A stretch of DNA of 60,947 bases, filler included, from Nemertoderma westbladi (taxonomy: Eukaryota; Animalia; Xenacoelomorpha): the NCBI GenBank assembly GCA_032718475.1. It is 3 parts of 3 records of this genome, joined end to end, with 100 filler letters (N's around TTAATTAATTAA, not from the genome) between each part and the next. Parts side by side here need not be neighbours in the genome. Positions count along the whole stretch, not along the records: positions 27,177 to 45,477 come from JAUCBJ010006283.1; positions 45,578 to 60,947 come from JAUCBJ010005254.1; 1 more part is not named here. One strand, written 5' to 3'. The position numbers were made by a program, and so were the translations under genes. This document shows positions 37,001 to 48,500 of this stretch, in pieces (within the stretch, counting starts at the first letter, position 1; every line of letters begins with the position of its first letter). Under the pieces are notes generated by a model. That model saw only the letters and a list, made by a program, of their open reading frames with translations, made no database searches and had not been told where the DNA came from.

Positions 37001-40000
37001 TATAATGTTTGTGCATTCAAGTGCTATTTATTTAAAATTACAATACTTGATATCAATCATAGCAAGTCAAGTTATTTATTTTATTTTAATGACGTCATTC
37101 ATATGGAGTTACATAAAGTCCATATTTAATAATAAGTTTTAATAATTCCGTTCCGATTGGGACCAAAACCATGGAATTTAGATTGACATTGAGCTATAAC
37201 AGTTATTAAAAGAAAACAATTTTTTTTGAAACCCGGGTATTTCTAGTTTGTTTCCTTCCACCTAAACGGTACTCGTTGTTCTTGGTTCTTTTGAGCGAAT
37301 ATAATACCGATTGTATGAAAAAGGTTAGTTTAGTTCATCATATCAGAATATTTTACTTTAAAATTTAAATAAAATTATTCGGACATGGTGAAATGAATCA
37401 ACTTTTTTTATAATGATTATAATGCGATTAGATTATATTATTATAAAAAAATACTAACAGTAAATCAGCGTTTTTTTCTACATTTGTTAGTGAGTCGGTA
37501 GAGTTGGTAGAGTTGGTAGAGTTGGTAGAGTTGGTAGAGTTGGTAGAGTTGGTAGAGTTGGTAGAGTTGGTAGAGTTGGTAGAGTTGGTAGAGTTGGTAG
37601 AGTTGGTAGAGTTGGTAGAGTTGGTAGAGGTGGTGGTAGAGTTGGTAGAGTTGGTAGAGTTGGTAGAGTTGGTAGAGTTGGTAGAGTTGGTAGAGTTGGT
37701 AGAGTTGGTAGAGTTGGTAGAGTTGGTAGAGTTGGTAGAGTTGGTAGAGTTGGTAGAGTTGGTAGAGTTGGTGAGTCGGTAGAGTCGGTAGAGTCGGTAG
37801 AGTCGGTAGAGTCGGTAGAGTCGGTAGAGTCGGTAGAGTTGGTAGAGTTGGTAGAGTTGGTAGAGTTGGTAGAGTTGGTAGAGTTGGTAGAGTTGGTAGA
37901 GTTGGTAGAGTCGGTAGAGTCGGTAGAGTCGGTAGAGTTGGTAGAGTTGGTAGACTAGTTAAACTAGTTAGAATTATAAATATTTCTAAAACTAAATATT
38001 GGAAATAACAAATTTTATTTAAATGTAAATTTTACTGTAGATCTAAAATTTGAAATTAAAACATTGATACAAATTCAAAATTTAGCATCACCGACATTCA
38101 CAGAAGTCAAATCATTCAAACTCTAAATCCGATTCGTCTATACCATGGGTGCACTAGGGCTTCCCACTTTATCTCATCGGACTGGTGATGTTACTTAGTT
38201 GACACTGGGAATGGAAACGTAATCCACGATTTGTTAATCTCCTGGTTCGTGTAGTTTTAACTTTTAATATCGATCTGACTAACTAACTAGTTGTAATTAC
38301 GTTAACTGGGTTACTGGAACCTGCTCTGTATCTACTGGCCGATTACTGGAACCTGCTCTGTTTCTACTGGCCTATGTTCACCTGACGCCATGCCATGGGG
38401 ATATTTAAATAGTAATTATTATAAATAAAAATTCGCCATTCTTTGGGAATTGTTTTTGGTTTTCTAAACAAATGTTCTAATTGTTTAGAAACTTTTCACA
38501 ATGAATATTATAAAACAAATCGCCGCAGTAAATAACAGTGAACCCGACTAAACCGACAAATGACTAACAAAACCCGCTTATTCATTGCAGTTAACAAAAT
38601 AAACAATAAGTATAAACAAACGTTTAAAAAAAAAAACAGAAAGTTATACCTTTTTTGTTTAATTTCGTGCCATTTTATGTTCTATTTCCAAATATCGAAA
38701 CCTTTTATGTTATTGCCGTATATCTATTGCATTATAATCTTATTGGATATTCTATGCGATGCGTCTTGTCATTGCGTTTGATTTACATAACGCTGACATT
38801 AAAATGTTGACTTTTTTTTGTTTCCCACCAACCTGTACTGTTTGTTTCCCATAAACCTGTTTATTTCCCACCAACCTGTACTGTTTGTTTCCCATAAACC
38901 TGTTTGTTTCCCACCAACCTGTGTACTGTTTGTTTCCCATAAACCTGTTTGTTTCCCACCAACCTGTACTGTTTGTTTCCCATAAACCTGTTTGTTTCCC
39001 ATAAACCTGTACTGTTTGTTTCCCATAAACCTGTTTGTTTCCCACCAACCTGTACTGTTTGTTTCCCATAAACCTGTTTGTTTCCCACCAACCTGTACTG
39101 TTTGTTTCCCATAAACCTGTTTGTTTCCCAGTCCACCAACCTGTACTGTTTGTTTCCCATAAACCTGTTTGTTTCCCACCAACCTGTGTACTGTTTGTTT
39201 CCCACCAACCTGTACTGTTTGTTTCCCATAAACCTGTTTGTTTCCCACCAACCTGTACTGTTTGTTTCCCATAAACCTGTTTGTTTCCCACCAACCTGTA
39301 CTGTTTGTTTCCCATAAACCTGTTTGTTTCCCAGTCCACCAACCTGTACTGTTTGTTTCCCATAAACCTGTTTGTTTCCCACCAACCTGTGTACTGTTTG
39401 TTTCCCACCAACCTGTGTACTGTTTGTTTCCCATAAACCTGTTTGTTTCCCACCAACCTGTGTACTGTTTGTTTCCCACCAACCTGTACTGTTTGTTTCC
39501 CATAAACCTGTTTGTTTCCCACCAACCTGTGTACTGTTTGTTTCCCATAAACCTGTTTGTTTCCCAGTCCACCAACCTGTACTGTTTGTTTCCCATAAAC
39601 CTGTTTGTTTCCCACCAACCTGTACTGTTTGTTTCCCATAAACCTGTTTGTTTCCCAGTCCACCAACCTGTACTGTTTGTTTCCCATAAACCTGTTTATT
39701 TCCCACCAACCTGTGTACTGTTTGTTTCCCATAAACCTGATTATTTCCCACCAACCTGTACTGTTTGTTTCCCACCAACCTGTTTGTTTCCCATAAACCT
39801 GATTATTTCCCACCAACCTGTGTACTGTTTGTTTCCCATAAACCTGTTTGTTTCCCACCAACCTGTGTGTTTCCCATAAACCTGTTTGTTTCCCACCAAC
39901 CTGTTTGTTTCCCATAAACCTGTTTGTTTCCCATAAACCTGTTTGTTTCCCACCAACCTGTACTGTTTGTTTCCCATAAACCTGTTTATTTCCCACCAAC

Positions 40001-41562
40001 CTGTGTACTGTTCGCCTCTGGAGTTGCATTCGGTGTAGTCTTTACCGCAGTAGCAGCACTGGGTGTCGGCATTCCGCAGTTACCCAGTCGTAACAACAGC
40101 TGATCAATCAACTGACTTTCGGCCAGCGGGGCGGGATCTAAGCCCCTGCGGGTGAACCGATCAGCCAAGGAAGCGAAACACCTGAGGGCCCCATCCGCAA
40201 CCTAAACGCAACATACAGCTCAGAGTATTGTGAGTTAAGGTGCAATTCAGTCTTCATTTCTTTTCCTACTGCTCTCAGACTTTTTTTTTGAAAGGTTACA
40301 CCAGCCAGGCTGGCATTTGAATTTATTTGCACATTTCAGCTAAAAATTGTATCATACATTACACAGGGGTCAATATAACATACAAGCTTAAAAAAACACA
40401 GCAGAAATATGCTAGTTCGGATAAAAGTTATACGCAAAGAATACATAACAAATACAATCAACTAATTTAACACATTGGACACAATAATTCAATCGGTTAT
40501 ATCGGTTAATCGGTTATATATAACAATAAATAAGTTATATGTTCACTGTTCATTCGCTCCTCGGTTGTATTTAGTGTATGCTTGATACGAGAGAATTTAT
40601 AGGAGGAACTGGGAAGTTGGCAATACATTGCTTGAAAACAGAACCCAGGCCAGAGTAAGAGCATGGATCGATGGATCAGACAGATATACATTCTGCCGAA
40701 GCAGACTGAACTAACCTGGTAGTCATCATGCTGCAGCAAGGTAGACAATGAGTCCACGCACTGTGGCAGCGACGGGTCTGTTGGTTCCACCTTACCACAG
40801 AGTCGGGTTACTACGGACATAGCGGAGTGGAGAGTGTCTTTGTGTATGATGTTGCCATGGTTGCGTATAAATGTGAGACAACAATTGAGACCTCCGGACT
40901 CAAATACAACTCCTGAATTAATGGGACATAATAATAGGGCCTAAATATCAATCACAATTGTCATGCGGGGTGAGCGACTAAGCAAGCGACCTGAGCATAT
41001 GGATACCGCTCCAACCGCTGTTTCAACCGTTGTCTGTGCGTCTGTCGGGTCGGTCGGTCGGTCTGTCTGCAGGTCGGACTGTCGCCTAATGTTTGAAGGC
41101 AAATAACTCAGTCAATATTATATGATTAAATCAAACCAAACTTCGCAAATTATTAAATTACAATTATTAATTATTAGCAAAATCCAAGTTAATTTTTACA
41201 TGAAATAAAACGTTTGAAGAAATGTGATAATAATGTAATTTAAGTGAATTTTCATTTATTATATGAACATGCGATATAGAGTTTAGATATGTCTACCTGA
41301 TTCTCGAGTGCAAACCAACTCCAGCACTTTGACACATTGTTCGGCGAGATCCTTACTGGTTCTATCCGAGGCGTCGATAATAACCAGACGGTTACACAGA
41401 GCGGCTACCGCTCCTTCCACGGCCACTACACGTCTGGTACACTCGGCACTCACGTCCAGGTAGTAAGTAATAGCACGAGCTGTAACCTCGAGGACGTTCT
41501 CAGGGGCTAAATCATCGGTAAGGATCTTACACAGAGCAGGTAGGAACGTGCGAGGTGGACAC
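31069..41562 (-). CDS. HECTD1: HECTD1 E3 ubiquitin ligase, partial; exons 41562-41297, 40912-40716, 40201-40001, 31246-31069
   Basis: [13 protein letters not shown]...[21 protein letters not shown]...[17 protein letters not shown] / VFE.GGLNC...HKDTLHSAM / [26 protein letters not shown] / [15 protein letters not shown]...LLFEG matches the HECTD1 N-terminus. GT-AG phases are consistent. The first coding exon and all downstream exons are not in this contig. Confidence 0.95.
31307..32971. mobile_element. Non-autonomous DNA transposon (TIR CACCATGYCCTGGAAT, TA flanks) containing an RTE insertion
   Basis: Inverted termini at 31307 and 32956-32971. The left end is similar to the copy at 35915. Confidence 0.7.
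32107..32412 (+). mobile_element. RTE LINE 3' end
   Basis: RLAGHCFR...LVLWRP...DRELWR and a (TAG)n tail. Possible TSD GTATACCTA. Confidence 0.85.
33666..33983 (+). CDS. SMDT1: Essential MCU regulator EMRE; intronless and nested antisense in a HECTD1 intron
   Basis: Basic N-terminal presequence, SG.V..QP, TM helix [21 protein letters not shown], acidic tail [17 protein letters not shown]. Confidence 0.93.
   Translation: MSSGVHLWRWGARLNGTQRYRLLNLPVHPHGNNAICAPTIVVSRSHSGIYGESGSVNEQPLRRLVGLTKVFAVVVPAIIVGGFMSKEGAAWLEDNDIFVPEEDDD
34571..35500. repeat. 68-bp minisatellite with a 5-unit (about 341 bp) higher-order repeat
   Basis: Unit CCCGYCTCTGTAACCTGCTCCTTTCCC...TTGTTTTGGTTAGAAAAT. Related inverted copies at about 36710-36780 and 50823-50915. 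Confidence 0.92.
35915..36431. mobile_element. MITE, same family as 31307-32971
   Basis: Termini CACCATGTCCTGGAAT ... ATTCCAGGACATGGT. Confidence 0.8.
37492..37954. repeat. 9-bp tandem repeat (GAGTTGGTA)n
   Basis: Seen directly. Confidence 0.97.
38819..40012. repeat. Modular 19-28-bp minisatellite overlapping the HECTD1 donor site at 40001/40000
   Basis: Sense-strand modules AAACAGTAC(AC)AG|GTTGGTGGGA and AAACAG|GTTTATGGGA. Confidence 0.95.
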
Positions 41563-43540
41563 CTGTGTGAGATAAAGGGGGAAAATGTGGTGGACACCTG
41601 TGTGAGATAAAGGGGGAAAATGTGGTGGACACCTGTGTGAGATAAAGGGGGAAAATGTGGTGGACACCTGTGTGAGATAAAGAGAGGAATGTGGTGGACA
41701 CCTGTGTGAGATAAAGATAGGAATGTGGTGGACACCTGTGTGAGATAGAGGGGGAAAATGTGGTGGACACCTGTGTGAGATAAAGGGGGAAACTGTGGTG
41801 GACACCTGTGTGAGATAAAGAGAGGAATGTGGTGGACACCTGTGTGAGATAAAGGGGGAAAATGTGGTGGACACCTGTGTGAGATAAAGAGAGGAATGTG
41901 GTGGACACCTGTGTGAGATAAAGGGGGAAAATGTGGTGGACACCTGTGTGAGATAAAGAGAGGAATGTGGTGGACACCTGTGTGAGATAAAGAGAGGAAT
42001 GTGGTGGACACCTGTGTGAGATAAAGGGGGAAACTGTGGTGGACACCTGTGTGAGATAAAGGGGGAAAATGTGGTGGACACCTGTGTGAGATAAAGAGAG
42101 GAATGTGGTGGACACCTGTGTGAGATAAAGAGAGGAATGTGGTGGACATCTGTGTGAGATAAAGAGAGGAATGTGGTGGACACCTGTGTGAGATAAAGAG
42201 AGGAATGTGGTGGACACCTGTGTGAGATAGAGGGGGGAATGTGGTGGACACCTGTGTGAGATAAAGGGGGAATGTGGTGGACACCTGTGTGAGATAAAGA
42301 GAGGAATGTGGTGGACATCTGTGTGAGATAAAGAGAGGAATGTGGTGGACACCTGTGTGAGATAAAGATAGGAATGTGGTGGACACCTGTGTGAGATAGA
42401 GGGGGAAAATGTGGTGGACACCTGTGTGAGATAAAGGGGGAAACTGTGGTGGACACCTGTGTGAGATAAAGAGAGGAATGTGGTGGACACCTGTGTGAGA
42501 TAAAGGGGGAAAATGTGGTGGACACCTGTGTGAGATAAAGAGAGGAATGTGGTGGACACCTGTGTGAGATAAAGGGGGAAAATGTGGTGGACACCTGTGT
42601 GAGATAAAGAGAGGAATGTGGTGGACACCTGTGTGAGATAAAGAGAGGAATGTGGTGGACACCTGTGTGAGATAAAGGGGGAAACTGTGGTGGACACCTG
42701 TGTGAGATAAAGGGGGAAAATGTGGTGGACACCTGTGTGAGATAAAGAGAGGAATGTGGTGGACACCTGTGTGAGATAAAGAGAGGAATGTGGTGGACAT
42801 CTGTGTGAGATAAAGAGAGGAATGTGGTGGACACCTGTGTGAGATAAAGAGAGGAATGTGGTGGACACCTGTGTGAGATAAAGGGGGAAACTGTGGTGGA
42901 CACCTGTGTGAGATAAAGGGGGAAAATGTGGTGGACACCTGTGTGAGATAAAGAGAGGAATGTGGTGGACACCTGTGTGAGATAAAGAGAGGAATGTGGT
43001 GGACATCTGTGTGAGATAAAGAGAGGAATGTGGTGGGCACCTGTGTGAGATAAAGAGAGGAATGTGGTGGACATCTGTGTGAGATAAAGATAGGAATGTG
43101 GTGGACACCTGTGTGAGATAAAGGGGGAAACTGTGGTGGACACCTGTGTGAGATAAAGAGAGGAATGTGGTGGACACCTGTGTGAGATAAAGAGAGGAAT
43201 GTGGTGGACACCTGTGTGAGATAGAGGGGGGAATGTGGTGGACACCTGTGTGAGATAAAGGGGGAATGTGGTGGACACCTGTGTGAGATAAAGGGGGAAA
43301 ATGTGGTGGACACCTGTGTGAGATAAAGAGAGGAATGTGGTGGACATGGACACCTGTGTGAGATAGAGGGGGGGGGGGTATGGTGGACATGGACACCTGT
43401 GTGAGATAAGGGGGAATGTGGTGGACATCTGTGTGAGATAAAGAGAGGAATGTGGTGGACATCTGTGTGAGATAAAGAGAGGAATGTGGTGGACAGTGGA
43501 CACCTGGGAGGTATGTGGTGGACATTAGTGTGAGATAAAG
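41554..43540. repeat. 33/34-bp minisatellite overlapping the HECTD1 acceptor at 41563/41562, about 60 units
   Basis: Sense-strand unit ACATTYYYYCYCTTTATCTCACACAG|GTGTCCACC. Confidence 0.97.
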
Positions 43541-43589
43541 GGAGTTACAGTATGTGTCATCGCCTTGTGGAAAATAATGAGTTATTTTG

Positions 43590-43682
43590 AATTGCTGGCG
43601 TAGCTTTGCACCAAGCCGGCGCAAGATTATTTGCACTTGGCGCCGCGTTCGGCGCAGAAAATAAAACTTTTCAATAGGGGCC
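43590..43682. mobile_element. Terminal fragment of the Harbinger-like element
   Basis: Near-identical to 55740-55828. Ends ...TTTCAATAGGGGCC. Confidence 0.65.
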
Positions 43683-44442
43683 TGTGATGTATCTAACCTT
43701 TAACCAGTGCCGGCAGACAGGCAGATCCAGATGGAGCGGAGTATAGTCTAACAAACAGTAGTTAATTACTACTATCAGACTACTGTCAGACTGTACTACA
43801 TTTCCATATATTTTAATTTCCATTATATTTTTATAACACTATCAGACTATATCCAGATATCGCTCTATTTTTTTATTAAAGAATTGATCAATTAAAATGT
43901 AGGCCTACCAATAATTCATGAATAAAATTACGTATTACATGGCTGCATGGCTGCATGAGAAAAAACGTGTAGAACATATTTTTTCAATATTCTCTTGACC
44001 CTTTATTATCCTCGGTGACGGTCGATAAAATCATGAAAATGCCTCAAGAATAGTGAAAAGAACTTCTACTTTTTTCCCATGCAGCCATGTAATAAATAAT
44101 TATTACATTCAGTAATATTGGTAATTTGCATAGTCGACTGTGACGCTCCACGCTGTCAGGTCAGGCCTATGTAATACAATAATAAAGTATTACGTATTAC
44201 GAAACAATGTTAGACGGACCCGCACTGTGGCAGGCGCGTCAGGCTGTCAGGTACCGTACTACTGTACTCCAGTCTGCCAGTACCGGTCAGCCAGTCCAGC
44301 AGTCTGCCTATCTGCCAGTACTCAGCAACTTAGGTAGGCAGTAGGCCCCTACTAGACTAGCTAGGCTGCTATGCCTACAAACAGACAAACGGACAAAGCA
44401 GCAACAGAGCAAAGCTAGGCCTCGCCTACCGGCGCGGCAGAC

Positions 44443-44585
44443 CTACTACTACTACTACTAGGATCGGCATGCTGCATTGCAGCTGCATTTTTAAGAATGC
44501 TGTGCCGGCTTATCGACAAAATTGCACCGCCACAACTCCCTATCACCCATGACATTTGCTAGATCATCCGCATCTTCAAGGCCAG
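44443..44585 (-). mobile_element. RTE LINE 3' tail
   Basis: Reverse complement is homologous to 32258-32412, with a (TAG)n tail. Confidence 0.8.
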
Positions 44586-45477
44586 AAGGCCACTGTTGTA
44601 AAAGCTTTTGCGGAATTAGCTGGTTATTTATCCCGCAAAGTACTCTGTGGGTGTTTTAACGGACATCAAAAGCCGTTTCCTTACTGTACCGGTGTTTTAG
44701 TGGACATAAAAAGCCATTTCTTCTGTATGTGTAATTTAGCGGACATAACTAGCAATTCTATGTCGCAATACGCTAAATCCTCTTGAAACAGTGTAGTTAC
44801 TATGACGACAGCTAACAGCTGATCTGTACACATGGAGCTTTTTCTTTGTTCTCTGTCGTTTCTTTGTTCGGTCGACCAATCAGAGCGTTTTTTGACTCTG
44901 TGTTGGAGGTTGTATACAGAAACTTATGAATTGAGTCAGTATGTGTATTTTGTCCACAGCCAGAAGACCGGCTTTGGAACCTCTGTGTTTTCAGGCTTTA
45001 GCCAAACATTAGTAGGCTTAATCATAGAAACGTATATCTGTTATCAATTCATATCAATTCATAACAATTCATAATTCACCTAATCATATTGTCAACTACA
45101 AACACCGCATTTTTACTGCTATTTAGTGTCGGTTATTCATTATATCAGTTGATGGAATATTGTTATATTTGGATAATATCGATCAATAATCAGAAACCCC
45201 AATCTTCTTGATATACTGAAGGTTAGAGAGACCGGTTACATATAACAATTGCGACTTACATTAAAGTGGTTTTGGAGTGAATCTAATGCTATTTCATAGG
45301 CACTACATGAGTTGGTTGTTGTTCTCTTTATATGTGACTAAAATTAGTGAAGGTCGGCAGATCTGTGTGCAGCATTGTGCGGTAGTGTATATGATTGTGA
45401 CTGATAACAAAGCATCTCCTAAAGAATGCGCTATATACGTGAATCCATAGCCATCTCGTTGTGGCTAGTGTAAGTCA

Positions 45478-45577
45478 NNNNNNNNNNNNNNNNNNNNNNN
45501 NNNNNNNNNNNNNNNNNNNNNTTAATTAATTAANNNNNNNNNNNNNNNNNNNNNNNNNNNNNNNNNNNNNNNNNNNN
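45478..45577. other. Assembly gap with artificial six-frame-stop linker
   Basis: N-run, TTAATTAATTAA, N-run; 100 nt. Confidence 0.97.
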
Positions 45578-48500
45578 AGTTCGGCAATCAAAGCAATATT
45601 GCAATATACAGATATAAGAATAACAATATTATATATATAACAGCAAAGCAGGCATTTGCAATTAAGCGGTATTATCAGTTAGCTGTTACCGACAATAACA
45701 AACAGTCGGCATCACTTTATAACAAAACCAGTAAAAGGTCAACATGCAAACTCACGGTATTATATATATAAGCAATATTAACGGCATATTAGGCCTTAGG
45801 CAGTTAAGGTTATGAATCAGTTACCTACAGCAGTACAGACAACAGTAACCGGTATATTCGGATTCTGTATTGCCGTAAAACAGCTGATCCACCACACTAA
45901 TGCATAAAAGCATACTGTAGAAAATTATAATACTATACCCCATCACCATTTTAAAGTAGTAAAGCAGTTTTGGATTGCACATACCCCCACGTCGCGACAT
46001 ATTTTCTTTCGTCGCGAAACTAAGCAGGATGCTTAACGTGGCGTCCATAAGACGTTATATAGACGGATGGGGTAGACTGAGTTTGACACTTGGATGATAC
46101 CACCGGCGATGAACAGGGAATCATACCCGATGATGCGTTGGTAACACTAGGAATTGGGGCATCTGAAACCTCCAAGGGTATAAGAAGATTTCTTGTGGTT
46201 ATTCTTCCACGAAGAAGAATTTCGACTGCTCGAACGACACCATCACGTCCTGTTAATAGTTTGTGGACCCGAGCTAAACGCCATTGTCCTCGGGGTGCAC
46301 GTTCTTTAACAAGAACAAGATCTCCCAGGTTGGGAGTGTTATATGACTGTTGAGCAGTTCTCCAGGTACGCAAAGATGCCAGATACTGTTGTAACCAAAT
46401 CTTCCAGTAACTTTGAGCCAACCGGTCTCTTGAGAGCAGGCCTCGGCGAAGCTGGGAAGATTCGACAATACGATAATCGACTGATGAATCAGGTGGTGGA
46501 CTACCATATAAGAAATGGCCTGGAGTTATAGCTAGACAATCATTAGGATCTTTAGAAACAGCACTTAAAGGTCTAAGGTTAATTACTGCTTCCACCTCAG
46601 CAGTCACCGCCTCTAATTGTGCTCGAGATAATTTACGTTTCGTTCGTTGATGCTGCTCTACCTTAATGAGAAAGTTAGTAGAATCATCAAGTTCATGTCC
46701 CTGAAGAGATCCAAAAGCTTTGAGATTAGGGTAGCGAGTATTGTGGATAAACCGGCAAATCCAAGCTAAGATACGAACAGGGTGGTTTATAGAGGAATAT
46801 TTATGCAGGTCTAGCAAATTCCAATCATGGGTAAAGGGAATAGATACAATGGTTAGTAATTGTAGAGGTGGAGAAGGCTCATCCGGCCAGAAGGATTCAG
46901 GGTATAAGATAAAAGGTGGACCATGCAGGTATAGGTCATTTGTCGATAATGATGATAAGCTGCATCCTCGAGAAGGAACATCGGCTGGGTTCTGTTCTGA
47001 ACATACATATCTCCATTGACTAGGAGTAGTAAGTTTACTAATTTCTAATAACCTGTTGTTGACAAATACATCACGTTGGGATGTACCCTTATGGATACGA
47101 GCAAGAGTACAGGTAGAATCAGACCAGAGATGAATATATTGTGGTATAAACAGATACTCAACAACATGGTGTGCAAATCGGGCTCCAATCAGGGCAGCCA
47201 TTAATTCAAGTCGGGGTGTGCTTAATCTCAATTTTATAGGTGCAACTCGAGATTTGGCAAAGTATATAGTGGGTTGGTAAGAAGGTTGAGTTACATAAGC
47301 AACAAATGCATATGCATAGGATGATGCATCACAAAAAATATGCAGTCTGCAGTTGCCATTCAGGTTTATACTTCGAGGGAAGGGGATAATAATACCAACA
47401 TCAACCACCCAGTTATTCCATTCCATCTGAAGATCATGAGAGAGTGGTTGACCACTTAGTTCCAGAATCACTGGACTTCTGAACTATTCGACGAACCAGC
47501 AGAATCCAAGGGCTTAGCAAGCCTAATGGATCAAAAACCTGAGCATAGGTTCTCAAAATCTGCCGACGAGTAAGTGAGTTTGGCGAAGATATATGAGAAG
47601 TATCTACATAAATGATGTCTCGTGACATATCCCATGATAAGCCCAAAATCCTAGTAGGATTGATAGTAATTCGGAGATTCATCCCCGCAACAGCAAAGAG
47701 TTCTTTAACAAGTTCATAAAATGCCATGGCAGAATCTGGATTATCACTTCCATACAAGAAATCATCACAATAAAGTGAGATAATAATTGCCTTAAATAAC
47801 TCAGGATTAGGGGGAGCTTTTGTATGAATGTGGTGGCGAATAGTAGAATGAAGTAAGTAAGAACTCGGTTTGAGCCCAAACGGAATTCGTTTGAACTGAT
47901 AAGACTCTCCTTTCCAGATGATTTTTACCCATTGACGGTCTTCGGGATGTATTTCAATCTGATGATATGCTGCTTCTATATCCGTAACTACAACATATGG
48001 ATGGTGGCGAGATCTTAAAAGTACATCAACCATTGAAGCTAATAAATTTGGTCCCACATCAAGGCAAGAATTTAGAGTAACTCCATTACAATCAGGAGAA
48101 GAGCCATTAAAAACGACACGGTATTTGCGTGAAGAAAATACACCATGATGTGGGAGGTAGAATCCAATATCCTTACCAGTATTAGCAGGCTCAATTATGC
48201 CATCCATTGACAATTTGGCAAATTTCTCTTCGTATATAGCCTTTGTTTGAGGATTTAAGGATGAAGTAACTTTATGTTGGCGAGAAACAACTGCACTATA
48301 ATTAGTTACAGGTCTCTGATTTCCAAGGAAATGTAATCGGACTTGATAATGAGGTGGATCCTCTTTAGAGATTACAGGAATAATTTCAGGTACAAAATGA
48401 ATCTCACTCTCTTTAATTCCAATAGTTTCTAAGTTCCATAGATTGGACACTTCTATAGGTTCTGTTAATATTAAGGAAGGAGATAAACCCATATTAATGC

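Noticed and set aside
37504-37782. (VEL)n ORF
   Set aside because: Translation of a 9-bp tandem repeat.
31069-41562. TRIP12 as the identity of the ARM-repeat E3 exons
   Set aside because: The peptides ([29 protein letters not shown]) match HECTD1 specifically.
38752-43636. 400-700 aa repetitive ORFs as standalone genes
   Set aside because: They are satellite translations; only the flanking HECTD1 exon parts are supported as coding.
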